Origin: Phycisphaerales bacterium
GTDB taxonomy: Bacteria; Planctomycetota; Phycisphaerae; Phycisphaerales; UBA1924
DNA: 64,000 bases
Reading direction: 5' to 3'
Assembly: GCA_965227775.1 (NCBI GenBank)
Contig: OZ245777.1
Span: forward strand, 2,304,001 to 2,368,000
Shown here: positions 27,744 to 40,447 of the stretch, one piece after another
Layout of the letters: each line of letters begins with the position of its first letter
Numbering within the stretch: the first letter of the stretch is position 1
The notes under the pieces: generated by a model
The model's input: only the letters and a program-made list of their open reading frames with translations
What the model was told of the DNA's origin: nothing
Database searches by the model: none
Made by a program: the position numbers and the translations under genes

Positions 27744-28676
27744 CTACTCCCGCCACCCCAGGGCCCACTCCCCTTCGCTCCGCTCCTCGTCCCTTGTCTG
27801 CGGTAGCACCAGCCCATCCCAAGCCAGACGAATCCCGCCTGGCAACGCCCGGTCCACCGGCTCGTGGCGCACCTCGTGGTTCATGTGGATGAACCAGGTC
27901 TGCTCTGCCCCGATCTTCTGGGCCGCCGCGACGGCCTCGTCAATCGAGAAGTGGGTCGGGTGGCGGCGCGGCCGTAGCGCACCGAGCACCAGCGTCTTGA
28001 GCCCCTCCAGCATGGCCCAGGTCTCGGGCGGGATGCCCGAGACGTCCGTGCAATAGGCCAACGGCAAGAGATCGGCCATGCCCGATCGCGCCGCGACCGT
28101 TGGGTGGCTGGCTTCGATCCGAAACCCGAGCACAGGCAACCGGCCGTGGAGCAGTGGCAGCGGCGTGATGCGCAGGCCGAAGAGCTCCTCGGGCACCATG
28201 GGCAGCAGGCGGTGGGGGATCACGCTGGCGACGTAGCTGGGCTGCAAGTTATTCTTCGCGTCGAAGATGTGGCCATAGACGCGGCGGAGAAAATCGAGCG
28301 TGTGGTCGTTGGCGTAGATGTCGACCGGCCCCTCCATGAGGGTGTTGAAGCGGCGCAGCTCATCGAGGCCCCAAGTGTGGTCGACGTGGTTGTGCGTGAA
28401 GAGCAGGGCGTCCACACGCTCGAGGCCAGCGCGAAGGGCCTGCTGGCGAAGGTCCGGGCCGGCGTCGAACAGGATGGTGCGTTGCTCGCCGCGGTCATCT
28501 CCGAACCGCAGGGCGGCCGAGCAGCGAAGGCGAGTGTCCTTCGGGTCGTTCGACGTGCAGGTCAGGCATGAGCAGCCGATCACGGGCACGCCGCTCGACA
28601 CGCCCGTGCCCAGAAACTCGAAGCCGACCTGCCTGTGCCGCGTGTCGTCTCGCACGCGGCAGCATACGCCCGGCAC
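27744..28676 (-). CDS. MBL-fold metallo-hydrolase, PhnP-like
   Basis: FLGTGVSSGVPVIGCSC..C, DAGPDLRQQ, THNHVDH, AYCTD, HPTH, HMNH. Start uncertain. Confidence 0.9.
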   Translation of the reverse strand: MPGVCCRVRDDTRHRQVGFEFLGTGVSSGVPVIGCSCLTCTSNDPKDTRLRCSAALRFGDDRGEQRTILFDAGPDLRQQALRAGLERVDALLFTHNHVDHTWGLDELRRFNTLMEGPVDIYANDHTLDFLRRVYGHIFDAKNNLQPSYVASVIPHRLLPMVPEELFGLRITPLPLLHGRLPVLGFRIEASHPTVAARSGMADLLPLAYCTDVSGIPPETWAMLEGLKTLVLGALRPRRHPTHFSIDEAVAAAQKIGAEQTWFIHMNHEVRHEPVDRALPGGIRLAWDGLVLPQTRDEERSEGEWALGWRE

Positions 28677-28702
28677 GCGTCGTGTTTGTTCTATGATCGT
28701 GG

Positions 28703-30304
28703 ATGCCCGAGTCCTTCCACCTGTACAACAGCCTCACGAAGCGCGTCGAGCCTTTCCGCGCCACCGATCCGAGCACGGTCACGTTCTACACGTGCGGCCT
28801 CACGGTCTATGACGACGGCCACATCGGTAACTTCCGGGCTTTCCTCATTGCCGACCTGCTCCGTCGCTGGCTCGAGAGTCCGTTGTGCACCATCCAGGAC
28901 GTCGATGGAAGACCGCACGCTGGCCCGCGCACGGTCCGCCACGCCATGAACATTACCGACGTCGGCCACATGACTGACGACGACCAGGCCGACGGTGGCG
29001 GGCAGGACAAGATGGATGCCGCCCGCTCTCGATTGCTCGACGCAAAGAAGTCGGGGAAGCTGCCCGCAGGTGCAGAGATCGATCCGGCTGATCCGTACGC
29101 GATCGCACGCTTCTACACCAATCGATTCCTGGAAGACGCGAAGAAGCTCGGCCTCAAGGTCGCCAGCGAACAGGACATGATGCCTCGCGCTACGGCGTAC
29201 GTGCCAGCCATGGTGGAGCTCATCGAGCGACTGATTGCCAGGGACAGCGCGTACGTTACGGGCGAGCCCGGAGCCCGAGCGGTCTACTTCAGCGTCAAGT
29301 CATTTGAGGGATACGGCGCCCTGAGCGGCAACTCGCTCGAGGCCCTTCGCGCCGGAGCGGGCGGCCGGGTAGACGACGCAAACCAGCAAACCAAGCGTCA
29401 CCCCGCAGACTTCCTGCTCTGGAAGGAAGACGCCACGCATCTCATGAAGTGGGATAGCCCGTGGGGCGCTGGATACCCGGGCTGGCACGTCGAGTGCTCA
29501 GCAATGGCCTTCGAGGTGCTCGCCAAAGAGGCGTTTCCGGATGGCACGGTGCCCGATAGCCAACCGATCATCGATCTGCACACGGGCGGCGAGGACAACA
29601 TCTTTCCCCACCACGAATGCGAGATCGCGCAGAGCTGCTGCGCGTTCAACGAGGCGCCAGCTGGCGCGCCCTTCGCACGCCACTGGCTCCACAACCGCTT
29701 CTTGCTCGTTGACGGCCAGAAGATGAGCAAGAGCAAGGGCAACTTCTTCACGGCCCGAGACCTGTTCGCCAAGGGTGTCGAGCCCGCGGCCCTCAGGCTC
29801 GCGCTCATCCGCACACACTATCGCACGAACGCGGACTTCACAGAGCAACTGCTCAAAGACAGCCAGCGGATGATCGATCGATGGCGACGTGTGCTAGAAG
29901 CTGGGACGCCGGGCGATCCTCACCAGGCTTCGAGCACCGCTCGCGACGAGTTCGCGACCGCGATGAGCGACGACTTGAACATCGCCGCTGCGATTGCAGC
30001 GATCAACTCGATGGTGGGGCAGCTCGATGCCCCCACGACGGGCGATGCCGACGTGCTCTCAAGTCTGGATGCGATCCTTGGGGTACTCTCGCTCGAACGA
30101 CCGGCTACCTCCGACACATCGATTGGCCTGTTCGGTCCGGGCCTTTCACCCAACCCGACCGTGATCGAGAAGCTCGAACAACGCAAGGCCGCACGTGCGA
30201 ACAAGGACTTTGCTACGAGCGATGCGATCCGTGACGAGCTCGCCGAAATGGGCTACGCCATCAAGGACGTCGCGGGCGGCAAGGTCGAGGTCACGCGGGC
30301 GTGA
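28703..30304 (+). CDS. cysS: Cysteine--tRNA ligase
   Basis: YTCGLTVY, HIGN, NITDVGH, DFLLWK, PGWHVECSAM, HTGGEDNIFPHHECE, KMSKS. Confidence 0.97.
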   Translation: MPESFHLYNSLTKRVEPFRATDPSTVTFYTCGLTVYDDGHIGNFRAFLIADLLRRWLESPLCTIQDVDGRPHAGPRTVRHAMNITDVGHMTDDDQADGGGQDKMDAARSRLLDAKKSGKLPAGAEIDPADPYAIARFYTNRFLEDAKKLGLKVASEQDMMPRATAYVPAMVELIERLIARDSAYVTGEPGARAVYFSVKSFEGYGALSGNSLEALRAGAGGRVDDANQQTKRHPADFLLWKEDATHLMKWDSPWGAGYPGWHVECSAMAFEVLAKEAFPDGTVPDSQPIIDLHTGGEDNIFPHHECEIAQSCCAFNEAPAGAPFARHWLHNRFLLVDGQKMSKSKGNFFTARDLFAKGVEPAALRLALIRTHYRTNADFTEQLLKDSQRMIDRWRRVLEAGTPGDPHQASSTARDEFATAMSDDLNIAAAIAAINSMVGQLDAPTTGDADVLSSLDAILGVLSLERPATSDTSIGLFGPGLSPNPTVIEKLEQRKAARANKDFATSDAIRDELAEMGYAIKDVAGGKVEVTRA

Positions 30305-30307
30305 GTG

Positions 30308-32773
30308 TCAGCTGCCGGCAGTTGCCAGCCGCTCACTGGCCTGGAACCACCGCTGCCAATCGTCGCGCGTGAGCGGCAGGTCTGAGTTGTTCCAGACCTC
30401 GCTCGGGAAGCTCTCGTAGAGCCGGCGGGCACGCTCGTTGGCGGCCCGGGCAAGGGCGAACTCGCCCTGTTGCAGGCGGGCACTTACGATCTGGATAAGC
30501 GGCACGAGTGCCGCTGGGTCGCCCGCATACTTCGCGTGCGCCGCAGCATAGTGCTTGACCGCAAGGTCAAAGTCGCCAAGGTCGTACGCGCATGCTCCGA
30601 GGAAGAAATACGCGCTCCGTAGCGACTCGCGCTCTGCCGCGGAGAGCTCGGAGAGTCGCTCGAAGCCATCCCGCGTGAGCTCGAGCTGCTCGATTGCGGT
30701 TCGCAGTCGTTCTTCTCGGAGGCTACGAAGCTCACGACGCTCGCTGCCGGGCATGGCCTGGGCCAGGGCTTCGCCGATGCGGTCCGCCTCAAGCCTGAAC
30801 GCATCGGCCAGCTTGAATCGGATCAGGTTCTCCCGGCGGTTGCCATCAAAGCGGGCGAGCGCTTCGCGGAGCCGCTCGATCGCGGGAACGTACTCGCCGC
30901 GTTGGTAGTGCAGCGTGCCAAGTTCGACCAGCGCGCGGCGGTACTCCTCGCTCGTGGGGCCGACCAGGCCACCGGAGAGCACACGCTCAAGCAGCGCGAG
31001 AGCCTCGCCGTCGTTCTCGGGGTCGGGGTCGGCCAGCAGCGTCTCTGCTAGCGGAACGTACGACTTAAGCGCGAAGGGGCCAACGCCCTTTCCGGTGTCC
31101 GGATCGTTCGCGTCATCGATGAGCGAGCGAAAGGCCTCCTCGGCGGCCGAGTGCCGGCTGCGGGCCTGGTAGATTCGACCCAGGCGATAGCGAGCCTCGG
31201 CACGCTGCGGGCTCTCGCTGATGGCCGTGACGAACGTCGTCAGCTTACGCTCGGCCAGTTCCAGATCGCCGGCGCGATCGAAGCACACCGCGCTCAGCCA
31301 GGTGCTGCGCTCGAATGCTGTCTCATCAAGGGTGACGCGGTCAGCATGCAATGCGTAGTAGCCACCCGCGGCGCGGATGTGGCGGCGAAACTCCTCTCGC
31401 GTCGCGGCATCGAAGCTCATCGAATCCGCTCCGATGCCACCGTCGTGGCCGGTCGCTGCGGCGAGGTCTTCGGCGACGGCCATGTGCGAGTCCGCTAGGG
31501 CGAGCACGAGATCGGGCGATCGCTCTTCGTTGGTCACCGTCTCGGCCAGCTGTGCGAATCGCAACGCGTCGCTCGACTCGCCGGCCAGACTGTGCACGCG
31601 ATGCTGGGCAAGCAAGGCGCTCTCGAGCACCATGCCATCAACACCCCCCGCGGGTCCATCCTCTTGCAGCATGGTGATGGCTTCGCGGAATAGTTCGAGG
31701 GAGAGATCGACCTCGCCCTCTGACGCGTAAACCTCCGCCAAGCCAAGCCGAGCAGCCTGGGCCGCCGGAGACCAGCCAAGCGTGTCGAGCACACGCTGGT
31801 AGCGATCGCGGGCTTCCATCGGTCGGCCCGAAAGCTCGTCGAGCCTGCCCAGCAGCACGATCGCGAGCCCACGTTCGGGCGATTGCGGTTCGGCCAACTG
31901 CTCACCGAGCTCCAGCGACTCGCGGGAGTCTTCGAGGTTGCCCAATTCCATTTGCGCCGCGCCAAGCTCCACGCTCAGGGCGGCTCTGCGCTCGGGGGCG
32001 GCCCGAGCCCATTGCGGGTACGAGCGGAGCAGCCGATCAACAACGCCGGTGTGGTCACCGGTTGCGGCGAGCACGCGCGCACGCTGCAACTCAGCCCAAG
32101 CGCGATCGTTGATGCCGAGCGTTGTGTCGGCAACAAATCGGGAAACAAAGTCGATGATCCGCTCTCGACCCCCGGGCGTCGCGGCGTCTTGGTCCTCGAT
32201 CGCGAGGCGATAGAGCTCGTGGCGGAGCGCTCGCTCGCTTGGGGGCATGTCTTCGGCCCGCTTCAGCGCGGGCTTGATCTGATCCAGGCTGAGATATGCC
32301 TGGCCAAGGAAGAACGCATCGCGCGGCTCGAGCGCGGCGCCTTGGCGTTCGGCTTCTCGATACTCGCGGATGATGTTGGCGTCGTTGGTCGGCTGGCGGG
32401 ATGTGAACTCCGACTGGCCAAGCGAGAGTGCCCGAGCCCGGAGCACGTGGAAGCGACGCCGCAGCTCGGGCGTGAAGGAGACGCGGTCAAGATTCGGCCC
32501 GAGGTCGTTGTTGAGCCCATCGAGAGCCTCGGCATAACGCCGGGTTTCGATGCGTCGCTCGGCGGCGTTGAGCAACCCCTCGATGTCGGGTGCCGGCCGG
32601 TGGAGCACCGTCGTCACAAGCCCGATAACTAGCAGTGCGATCGACAGCCCAAGGGTTGGAACTTGCCAGATCTCGCGCCACGGGGTCACCGCCGGATCTG
32701 TAGCCGGTTGCTCTTTGGCGGGCTTGGCTGCGGTTTTGTCGTCGGCCGACACGGCGCCTCCGCGGATCGGCAC
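30308..32773 (-). CDS. Membrane-anchored tetratricopeptide-repeat protein
   Basis: N-terminal TM helix and many TPR-like helical repeats (e.g. AEARYRLGRIY, AYFFLGACAY). Start may be GTG at 32752. Confidence 0.85.
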   Translation of the reverse strand: MPIRGGAVSADDKTAAKPAKEQPATDPAVTPWREIWQVPTLGLSIALLVIGLVTTVLHRPAPDIEGLLNAAERRIETRRYAEALDGLNNDLGPNLDRVSFTPELRRRFHVLRARALSLGQSEFTSRQPTNDANIIREYREAERQGAALEPRDAFFLGQAYLSLDQIKPALKRAEDMPPSERALRHELYRLAIEDQDAATPGGRERIIDFVSRFVADTTLGINDRAWAELQRARVLAATGDHTGVVDRLLRSYPQWARAAPERRAALSVELGAAQMELGNLEDSRESLELGEQLAEPQSPERGLAIVLLGRLDELSGRPMEARDRYQRVLDTLGWSPAAQAARLGLAEVYASEGEVDLSLELFREAITMLQEDGPAGGVDGMVLESALLAQHRVHSLAGESSDALRFAQLAETVTNEERSPDLVLALADSHMAVAEDLAAATGHDGGIGADSMSFDAATREEFRRHIRAAGGYYALHADRVTLDETAFERSTWLSAVCFDRAGDLELAERKLTTFVTAISESPQRAEARYRLGRIYQARSRHSAAEEAFRSLIDDANDPDTGKGVGPFALKSYVPLAETLLADPDPENDGEALALLERVLSGGLVGPTSEEYRRALVELGTLHYQRGEYVPAIERLREALARFDGNRRENLIRFKLADAFRLEADRIGEALAQAMPGSERRELRSLREERLRTAIEQLELTRDGFERLSELSAAERESLRSAYFFLGACAYDLGDFDLAVKHYAAAHAKYAGDPAALVPLIQIVSARLQQGEFALARAANERARRLYESFPSEVWNNSDLPLTRDDWQRWFQASERLATAGS

Positions 32774-32794
32774 GCAATGCGCATGCCCGGATCG

Positions 32795-34471
32795 CTATCG
32801 GCCGTCCGGCGTCGAATCTTGATCGGAATCCCCCGAGCCCTCTTCGGGGGCGAATTCGCCGACCACGGCGAGCCCCGAGAGCGTGTCTCCACGGTGGCGA
32901 AGCAGCGGGCTCATCGCCCCCGCGAGCGCGACCAGCGGGAGCAGCCACTTGACGGCGTTGCGGACAAGGGATGGGCCGAAGCCAGGCCGGCGTGCCCCAG
33001 GGCGCATGTCTCCCTCGGCGCTCGACCGCGTCACCGCCAGGCCAAAGACCAGCTTGCCGAGCGTTCTGCCCAGGGTGGCCTCCATGACGGCTCCCGCGAG
33101 CATGCCGAACACCAGCGCTGTGAGAAGCGGCGCGAAGTCAACGACCTCCGCCCCAACGCGCATCGCCAGCCAGCCCTCGGGAAGCGCCCGCGCGATCTCG
33201 CTGCCGATGAGCAGCGCGAGCAGGCCGTCGCCAACGGACGCCAGGACCCTGGGCATCGGCGGCGCGAGCAGACAGCCGGGAGGTGCGGCGAACGGCTTGC
33301 TCTCGTTGGAAGACCGAACCACAAAGAGCAGGAGTGTGGCGCTGACCAGCACCATCAGCACAAGCAAAATGCGCAGGTCGCTCGGCGACACGGGGCCATC
33401 GAACACGGCGGCTCCGACGTACAGCGTTCGTCCCGAGTCGAGCGAGAACTCCTCGAGTTCCAGCTTCGTCGCGGCTCGACCCTCTGCGGCTTCGGCGGTG
33501 GCATTCAGTCGCACGATCACGCCACGCCGTGCGTTGGTCAGGAAGCCAACGGCGCTTCCGTCGGCGGCATACGCAACGCGAACGGCGTCGCCCTCGATCT
33601 CATAGACGGACACGCGGCCATCACCTGCTACGGCGAGCATGGTGCGCGGCCCGAGTTTGACGGGGCCGGCAACGACGCGCGCGCCAGCGTATGCGGAGGG
33701 CAGCGCGAGCAGTTGCGGCGTCCACTCGAGCGAGACGCTGGGTGGCGCCTCGCCGGCACCCGCACCTGTCGGCTGGAGCAGTTCGGACGGGCTGCGAAGC
33801 TGGAAACCACCGTCAACGTCAGCCTCGTCGGCCGGAATCTGGGCGGTCCACAGCCGGATCGCGCCGGCGTCCACGCCCGCCAGCATGATCGCGCCATCAC
33901 GCGATACGCCGATCGCGTGCGGGAACTCGCCCTCGACAACAGGGCCGCTGCTGCGCGACCATCGCCCGCGGTCGAGCCACGCGATCTCCAGGCTGCCTTC
34001 GGTCGACTCGACTAGGGCCATGGGGCCCTCTCTCCGAGCCGCGAGCGCGATGAGCCGTCCTTCAGTGGGCAAGAAGCTTGACGATGCGAGCCGCCCGCCC
34101 GACCCCGAGTACCAGGTGCCGTCAATGGCTCCCGGCTGCACGGCGGCGGTGAAGATTGCGTAGCCGGGCTCGTTTCCGATGCCGGCAAACGCCAGCCAGA
34201 CGCGCCCGCCGGCCGCCGAGATGGCCGCTGGCCGCCGTTCGAGCGAGTCGATGATGCGTACAGCGCCGTCGGCCGCCCCGCCCGAGCCAACACGCGGCGG
34301 GATGTGCCAGAGCGCCCACTCGCTCGAGGTCGTCGATGGCGTGAGAGCCCACGCGTGCTCGCCCGACGCCTGTGCACCACCGGACGAACCCGCCATCATC
34401 TGCGCCAGGGCATCGCACCCCAGCGAAAGAACCAGCGCAACTGAGATAATCCAAGCGCGACGGCTGCTCAT
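32795..34471 (-). CDS. Exported/membrane protein with C-terminal RDD domain
   Basis: Signal peptide; PRVLASVGD, GRTLGKLVFGLAV, VRN..K, HRGD.LSG RDD motifs. Confidence 0.85.
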   Translation of the reverse strand: MSSRRAWIISVALVLSLGCDALAQMMAGSSGGAQASGEHAWALTPSTTSSEWALWHIPPRVGSGGAADGAVRIIDSLERRPAAISAAGGRVWLAFAGIGNEPGYAIFTAAVQPGAIDGTWYSGSGGRLASSSFLPTEGRLIALAARREGPMALVESTEGSLEIAWLDRGRWSRSSGPVVEGEFPHAIGVSRDGAIMLAGVDAGAIRLWTAQIPADEADVDGGFQLRSPSELLQPTGAGAGEAPPSVSLEWTPQLLALPSAYAGARVVAGPVKLGPRTMLAVAGDGRVSVYEIEGDAVRVAYAADGSAVGFLTNARRGVIVRLNATAEAAEGRAATKLELEEFSLDSGRTLYVGAAVFDGPVSPSDLRILLVLMVLVSATLLLFVVRSSNESKPFAAPPGCLLAPPMPRVLASVGDGLLALLIGSEIARALPEGWLAMRVGAEVVDFAPLLTALVFGMLAGAVMEATLGRTLGKLVFGLAVTRSSAEGDMRPGARRPGFGPSLVRNAVKWLLPLVALAGAMSPLLRHRGDTLSGLAVVGEFAPEEGSGDSDQDSTPDGR

Positions 34472-35379
34472 CGCTGATCCAACTCGCGAGCGTGCACCAC
34501 GTCTAGATCGCGCTTGAGACGCACGCCGTACCGAGACAGCGTCTCACCCAGGTCGAACGCCCGCTCGTCCGGCCGTCGCCGGCTTGACTGCGCTCCAAGG
34601 AATCGGATCTGCACACGCGCTTCGAGCAGCGGCACGTCAATCACAACACGTTCGGGGATCGCGACGCTCGGCAACGCGCGATCGATCCGATCATCGAACA
34701 TGACGTCGCCGTCGAGCATGTCTGCCGTCAGCACCGGGGCGAGGCTTGGATCTCGACGGATCGAGATGCGATCGGGCTCAAACGTCTCGGGATCGATGAT
34801 GTACTCAACGACACCCCATCGCGCCGGGGCCGACAGGACCAAGCGTGTGCCGGTCGGGGTCAGACGAAGCGGTTCCTCGGGGTCCATCGGTTCTTCGGGC
34901 ACCGATGAGAAGCCCAAGAGCTGCAGCAGGTCGAGTGGGTGCACCGGAACGCCAAGCTCGGCGAGCCGATCCGGATTTGCTTTCGCGTGCGTGCCGATCG
35001 AAGCGATCGGGTCGTCGGCGAGAAGATCAATATACCAGTAGAAACGCTCGTTCGCGCCCAGCGCGGCCCCGTCGACGCCCACCTTGCGCAGGCTGAGGGC
35101 GATCATGTCGGGCTGGACGATGTGCAGGTCGCCGTCGAGTTGTTCGACCTCGTCCTCCCCCTGCTGGCCGATGTACCACACTGTGGTGATCGTCGCCGCC
35201 CAGAAACGCTCCAGTCGCTCGGCCCGCTGGTTCATGGCGGCCGCGACCTGCTCATACGTGAAGTCGTCGAGGTTAACCTGCTCGCCTTCCAACGGGCCCG
35301 GCAACACCGGCCTGCCGGCGCAGTTGCAGCCGGCGACGCATACCAGCGCCAGCAGCACGATCGACGCGGTCCGCCTCAT
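34468..35379 (-). CDS. Putative lipoprotein, hypothetical
   Basis: Lipobox VAGC; ATGA overlaps with both neighbours. Confidence 0.8.
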   Translation of the reverse strand: MRRTASIVLLALVCVAGCNCAGRPVLPGPLEGEQVNLDDFTYEQVAAAMNQRAERLERFWAATITTVWYIGQQGEDEVEQLDGDLHIVQPDMIALSLRKVGVDGAALGANERFYWYIDLLADDPIASIGTHAKANPDRLAELGVPVHPLDLLQLLGFSSVPEEPMDPEEPLRLTPTGTRLVLSAPARWGVVEYIIDPETFEPDRISIRRDPSLAPVLTADMLDGDVMFDDRIDRALPSVAIPERVVIDVPLLEARVQIRFLGAQSSRRRPDERAFDLGETLSRYGVRLKRDLDVVHARELDQR

Positions 35380-35939
35380 GACGCCTCCTGGGCTGGTTGA
35401 GCCGGCGACTCAGGCTCGCCCAGAAGCAGAGCCGCAACGCGTTCCATCGCCTGCTCGAGCTGATCCTCGTCGAGGCCTGGGTCGGCGACGTCAACCGGCT
35501 CGCCATCGATGTAGGCGCCAGTCGCCGTCACGCGCCGGACGCGCAGGCGACCCTTGCGTTGGCCTTCGAGCCGCAGGCGCCGCCGCCGGACGAGCATCCA
35601 CGCCAGCACGTACCGCAGCTCGACGGCTTGATCGTCCTCCGGTTCGGCGATCTGGTCGAAGAGGGCAACGAGGTCCTCATCGTCAACAGGACGAGTGTTG
35701 TCCTTGTCCTTTGGCTGGGGCACCAGGCCGCGCCAGATGGCCACGACATCACCCTGCTCGCCGGCCTCGGGCCGCCAGCCTTTCTGCCACGCTTCTTCAC
35801 AGACGTCCAACCGAGACGAGCCCTCGGCTGGGTCGACAAGGAGCACCGACACGATGGGATCGCCCGGGCTCAAGGACTGGCCCGTTACGGCACATGCTTC
35901 GTTGGGTCGACCGATGGTGATGCCGGGGAGGTTTGCCAC
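35376..35939 (-). CDS. Hypothetical protein
   Basis: Translationally coupled to the downstream gene; CAVTG..L.PG and LRYVLAWMLVRRRRL segments. Confidence 0.75.
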   Translation of the reverse strand: MANLPGITIGRPNEACAVTGQSLSPGDPIVSVLLVDPAEGSSRLDVCEEAWQKGWRPEAGEQGDVVAIWRGLVPQPKDKDNTRPVDDEDLVALFDQIAEPEDDQAVELRYVLAWMLVRRRRLRLEGQRKGRLRVRRVTATGAYIDGEPVDVADPGLDEDQLEQAMERVAALLLGEPESPAQPAQEAS

Positions 35940-35988
35940 GGGGCACTTTACGCGAGGCTTGCTCCGGCGTCGGCGGTGTTCGGGGCGT

Positions 35989-36219
35989 TCACCGGCACGA
36001 TGCGTCGAACAGCCTGCTGCTCGTTCCGCCAGGACCGACGGGGAAGCGGCAAGTCATGCCACAACGCGGGCACCGGGCGACGTAGCACGTCGCGTCGGGG
36101 GCTCGGTAGGAGCGGACGTACGCCCCGGCGCACGTGAACCGCACGCCAATCCACGGCCGGCCCTGGGGCGTGTTCTGCCCCTCGCCGTGCTTGTTCGCCG
36201 ATGCCTGTTGACTGGTCAC
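35989..36219 (-). CDS. Small Cys-rich hypothetical protein
   Basis: RPWIGVRFTC..Y.R.Y....Y..RCPRCG...F.VGPGGT..R.F pattern; start (GTG 36219) uncertain. Confidence 0.65.
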   Translation of the reverse strand: MTSQQASANKHGEGQNTPQGRPWIGVRFTCAGAYVRSYRAPDATCYVARCPRCGMTCRFPVGPGGTSSRLFDASCR

Positions 36220-36362
36220 GGCGTTTCCATCGGCCCGGCATAGCCCTGGGATTGAGCCACTCGTCTGTTGTTTGGGGATTGATTGGATCACTGCACCCCG
36301 GAGGCTCCGTTCGCGCAATAATCCCGATCCCCGCGTCCGATCGCACCTGGGAGAAGCGTTCC

Positions 36363-37247
36363 GTGCCCCGTCCGTTGGTCATCCTGCCCGATCCGCCAAC
36401 CCCGCCCACGGCCATCGGGCTCATCGCAGGCGCCGGGCGTTTGCCCATCATCGTGGCCGAGGGCCTGCGAGAGATCGGTCATCGCATCCACGGCATCGGG
36501 CTCGCCAACATGTACGAGTCCGAACTGCCCAAGCTCTGCGATAGCTTCCACGAGGTCGGCCTGTTCCGCGTCGGCGGCTGGGGCCGGGCCCTCGCTCGCC
36601 GGAACGTGCGCCATGCCATCATGGTCGGCAAGGTCGACAAGGCCAAGCTAATGCACGACCCGCTCCGCATGGTGCGCAACGTGCCAGATGTGCCCACGCT
36701 ACTCGCCTGGCACCGCAAGCTGAGGCACGATCGCCGGTCCTACGCCGTGCTCGGCGCCATCGCGGACGAGTTGGAACGCAGCGGCGTGCAACTTCTCGAC
36801 TCGACAACGTCGATCCCCAAGGAGCTGGCCGACGCTGGCGTCATGACGACGCGGCAGCCCTCGAACGGCCAGCAGGCCGACGTCGACTTCGTGTGGCCGC
36901 AATTGGTCGATCTGCTGCGACTCGACATTGGCCAGGCCGTGGCCGTCCGCGAGCGCGACATCATCGCGGTCGAAGCGGTGGAGGGCACCGATCGCATGAT
37001 CGAACGTGCCGGTGCGCTTTGTAAGTCAAAGGGCTGGACGCTCTGCAAGGGCGCTCGCTGCGGGCACGACCGACGCAGCGACGTACCGACGATCGGCGTA
37101 ACCACGATCGAGCGCATGCACGACGCTGGCGCAGGCTGCCTCGCGCTCGCCGCGGGCGACGTCATCATGATCGACAAGGAAGACGTCATTGCCGAGGCCG
37201 ACCGCCGCGGCATCGCGATCATCGGCGTCCCCGTCGGCGCAGCCTGA
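36363..37247 (+). CDS. lpxI: UDP-2,3-diacylglucosamine diphosphatase LpxI
   Basis: IGLIAGAGRLP, DIGQAVAV, AVEAVEGTD, DVPTIG; GGGAG RBS before GTG 36363. Confidence 0.9.
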   Translation: MPRPLVILPDPPTPPTAIGLIAGAGRLPIIVAEGLREIGHRIHGIGLANMYESELPKLCDSFHEVGLFRVGGWGRALARRNVRHAIMVGKVDKAKLMHDPLRMVRNVPDVPTLLAWHRKLRHDRRSYAVLGAIADELERSGVQLLDSTTSIPKELADAGVMTTRQPSNGQQADVDFVWPQLVDLLRLDIGQAVAVRERDIIAVEAVEGTDRMIERAGALCKSKGWTLCKGARCGHDRRSDVPTIGVTTIERMHDAGAGCLALAAGDVIMIDKEDVIAEADRRGIAIIGVPVGAA

Positions 37248-37248
37248 C

Positions 37249-39436
<2,188 letters not shown>

Positions 39437-39583
39437 GGCGGGTTCTCCTGGAGGCCCTCGGTGCATGCCTCACCAGAGCCATCGGGCGGGCCAGGAGGGG
39501 ACTTCATCGATTCTCACGATCGTGCCGGTTTTCCTGCCTGAAGGGGTGCCGGGGGCGTTTTGGCCCTGGCCATACCATCGAGC

Positions 39584-40381
39584 GTGACCACGAGCCCGCC
39601 GCAAGACCCCAGCACCCTGCTCTGCGAGCACTGCGGCTACGTGATCGAGGGATTGGCGGCCGACGCGGTCTGCCCCGAGTGTGGCACGCCGGTTGATGGC
39701 AGCCTGCCCACCCGCCGCACGGGCTCACCAATGCAAAAGCGACCCGGCCTCCGTTCAGCACTTTCAACGTACAGGCTGGTCGTCACCAGGCCCAACAGGA
39801 CGCTCGACGCCATGGCAGTCGCCAAGCCGCGTGTTCGCGGCACGTTGCTCCTGGCCGCGCTGCCGATGGGACAGTTGCTGGGAATCGCCCTGCTGCTGGC
39901 GTTCGAAGCGCAGCGTCCGTTACCCAATGGCGGTTCGGTCTCATGGTCGCCCGGCAGCGCCATCGGCTCGATCGCGCTCGGAGGCCTGTTGGGTGTCGTT
40001 CTCACGCCAGTCGCCGCGGCCGTGATCGAGATCCTGACGTGGATCGAAGCGCGGGGGTTGGTGATGTTCGGAGGACAGTCTGGTGCTCGCATGCACCCCG
40101 AGCTTGCCCACACGATCGTCCGCCACGGCGCTGCCGGATGGCTCATCGCCGGCCTGGGAGCAGCGCTGGTGCTCCCCTTGGCATGGAGCTTCGAGGCCGA
40201 GGTCGGAACATTGCTGGGCCGACCGCCATTCGGCGATCCGCCCCCGTGGATCATCGCGCTCGCGGGGTTGGGGATTCTGCTGGCCGTTGCCGGGTTCCTG
40301 TTCTTCGAGTTCTTTGCGTGGTTGGGCCTGCGACGCTGCAAGTTTGCCAACAAGCCCCGACCGCAAGCCGACCCGAAGTGA
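39584..40381 (+). CDS. Multi-pass membrane protein with N-terminal CxxCGY..CPECG zinc ribbon
   Basis: CEHCGYVIEGL...CPECG followed by about four TM segments. Confidence 0.8.
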   Translation: MTTSPPQDPSTLLCEHCGYVIEGLAADAVCPECGTPVDGSLPTRRTGSPMQKRPGLRSALSTYRLVVTRPNRTLDAMAVAKPRVRGTLLLAALPMGQLLGIALLLAFEAQRPLPNGGSVSWSPGSAIGSIALGGLLGVVLTPVAAAVIEILTWIEARGLVMFGGQSGARMHPELAHTIVRHGAAGWLIAGLGAALVLPLAWSFEAEVGTLLGRPPFGDPPPWIIALAGLGILLAVAGFLFFEFFAWLGLRRCKFANKPRPQADPK

Positions 40382-40447
40382 ACCGAGATTCACCGCCGGG
40401 CTGCCGCCCCATTCGCTCTCTATGCTGGCATCGGAGGAACGCTCTTC

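Noticed and set aside
28790..28812. CysRS CGLTVY instead of CGPTVY
   Set aside because: This position varies among CysRS enzymes; the catalytic motifs are intact.
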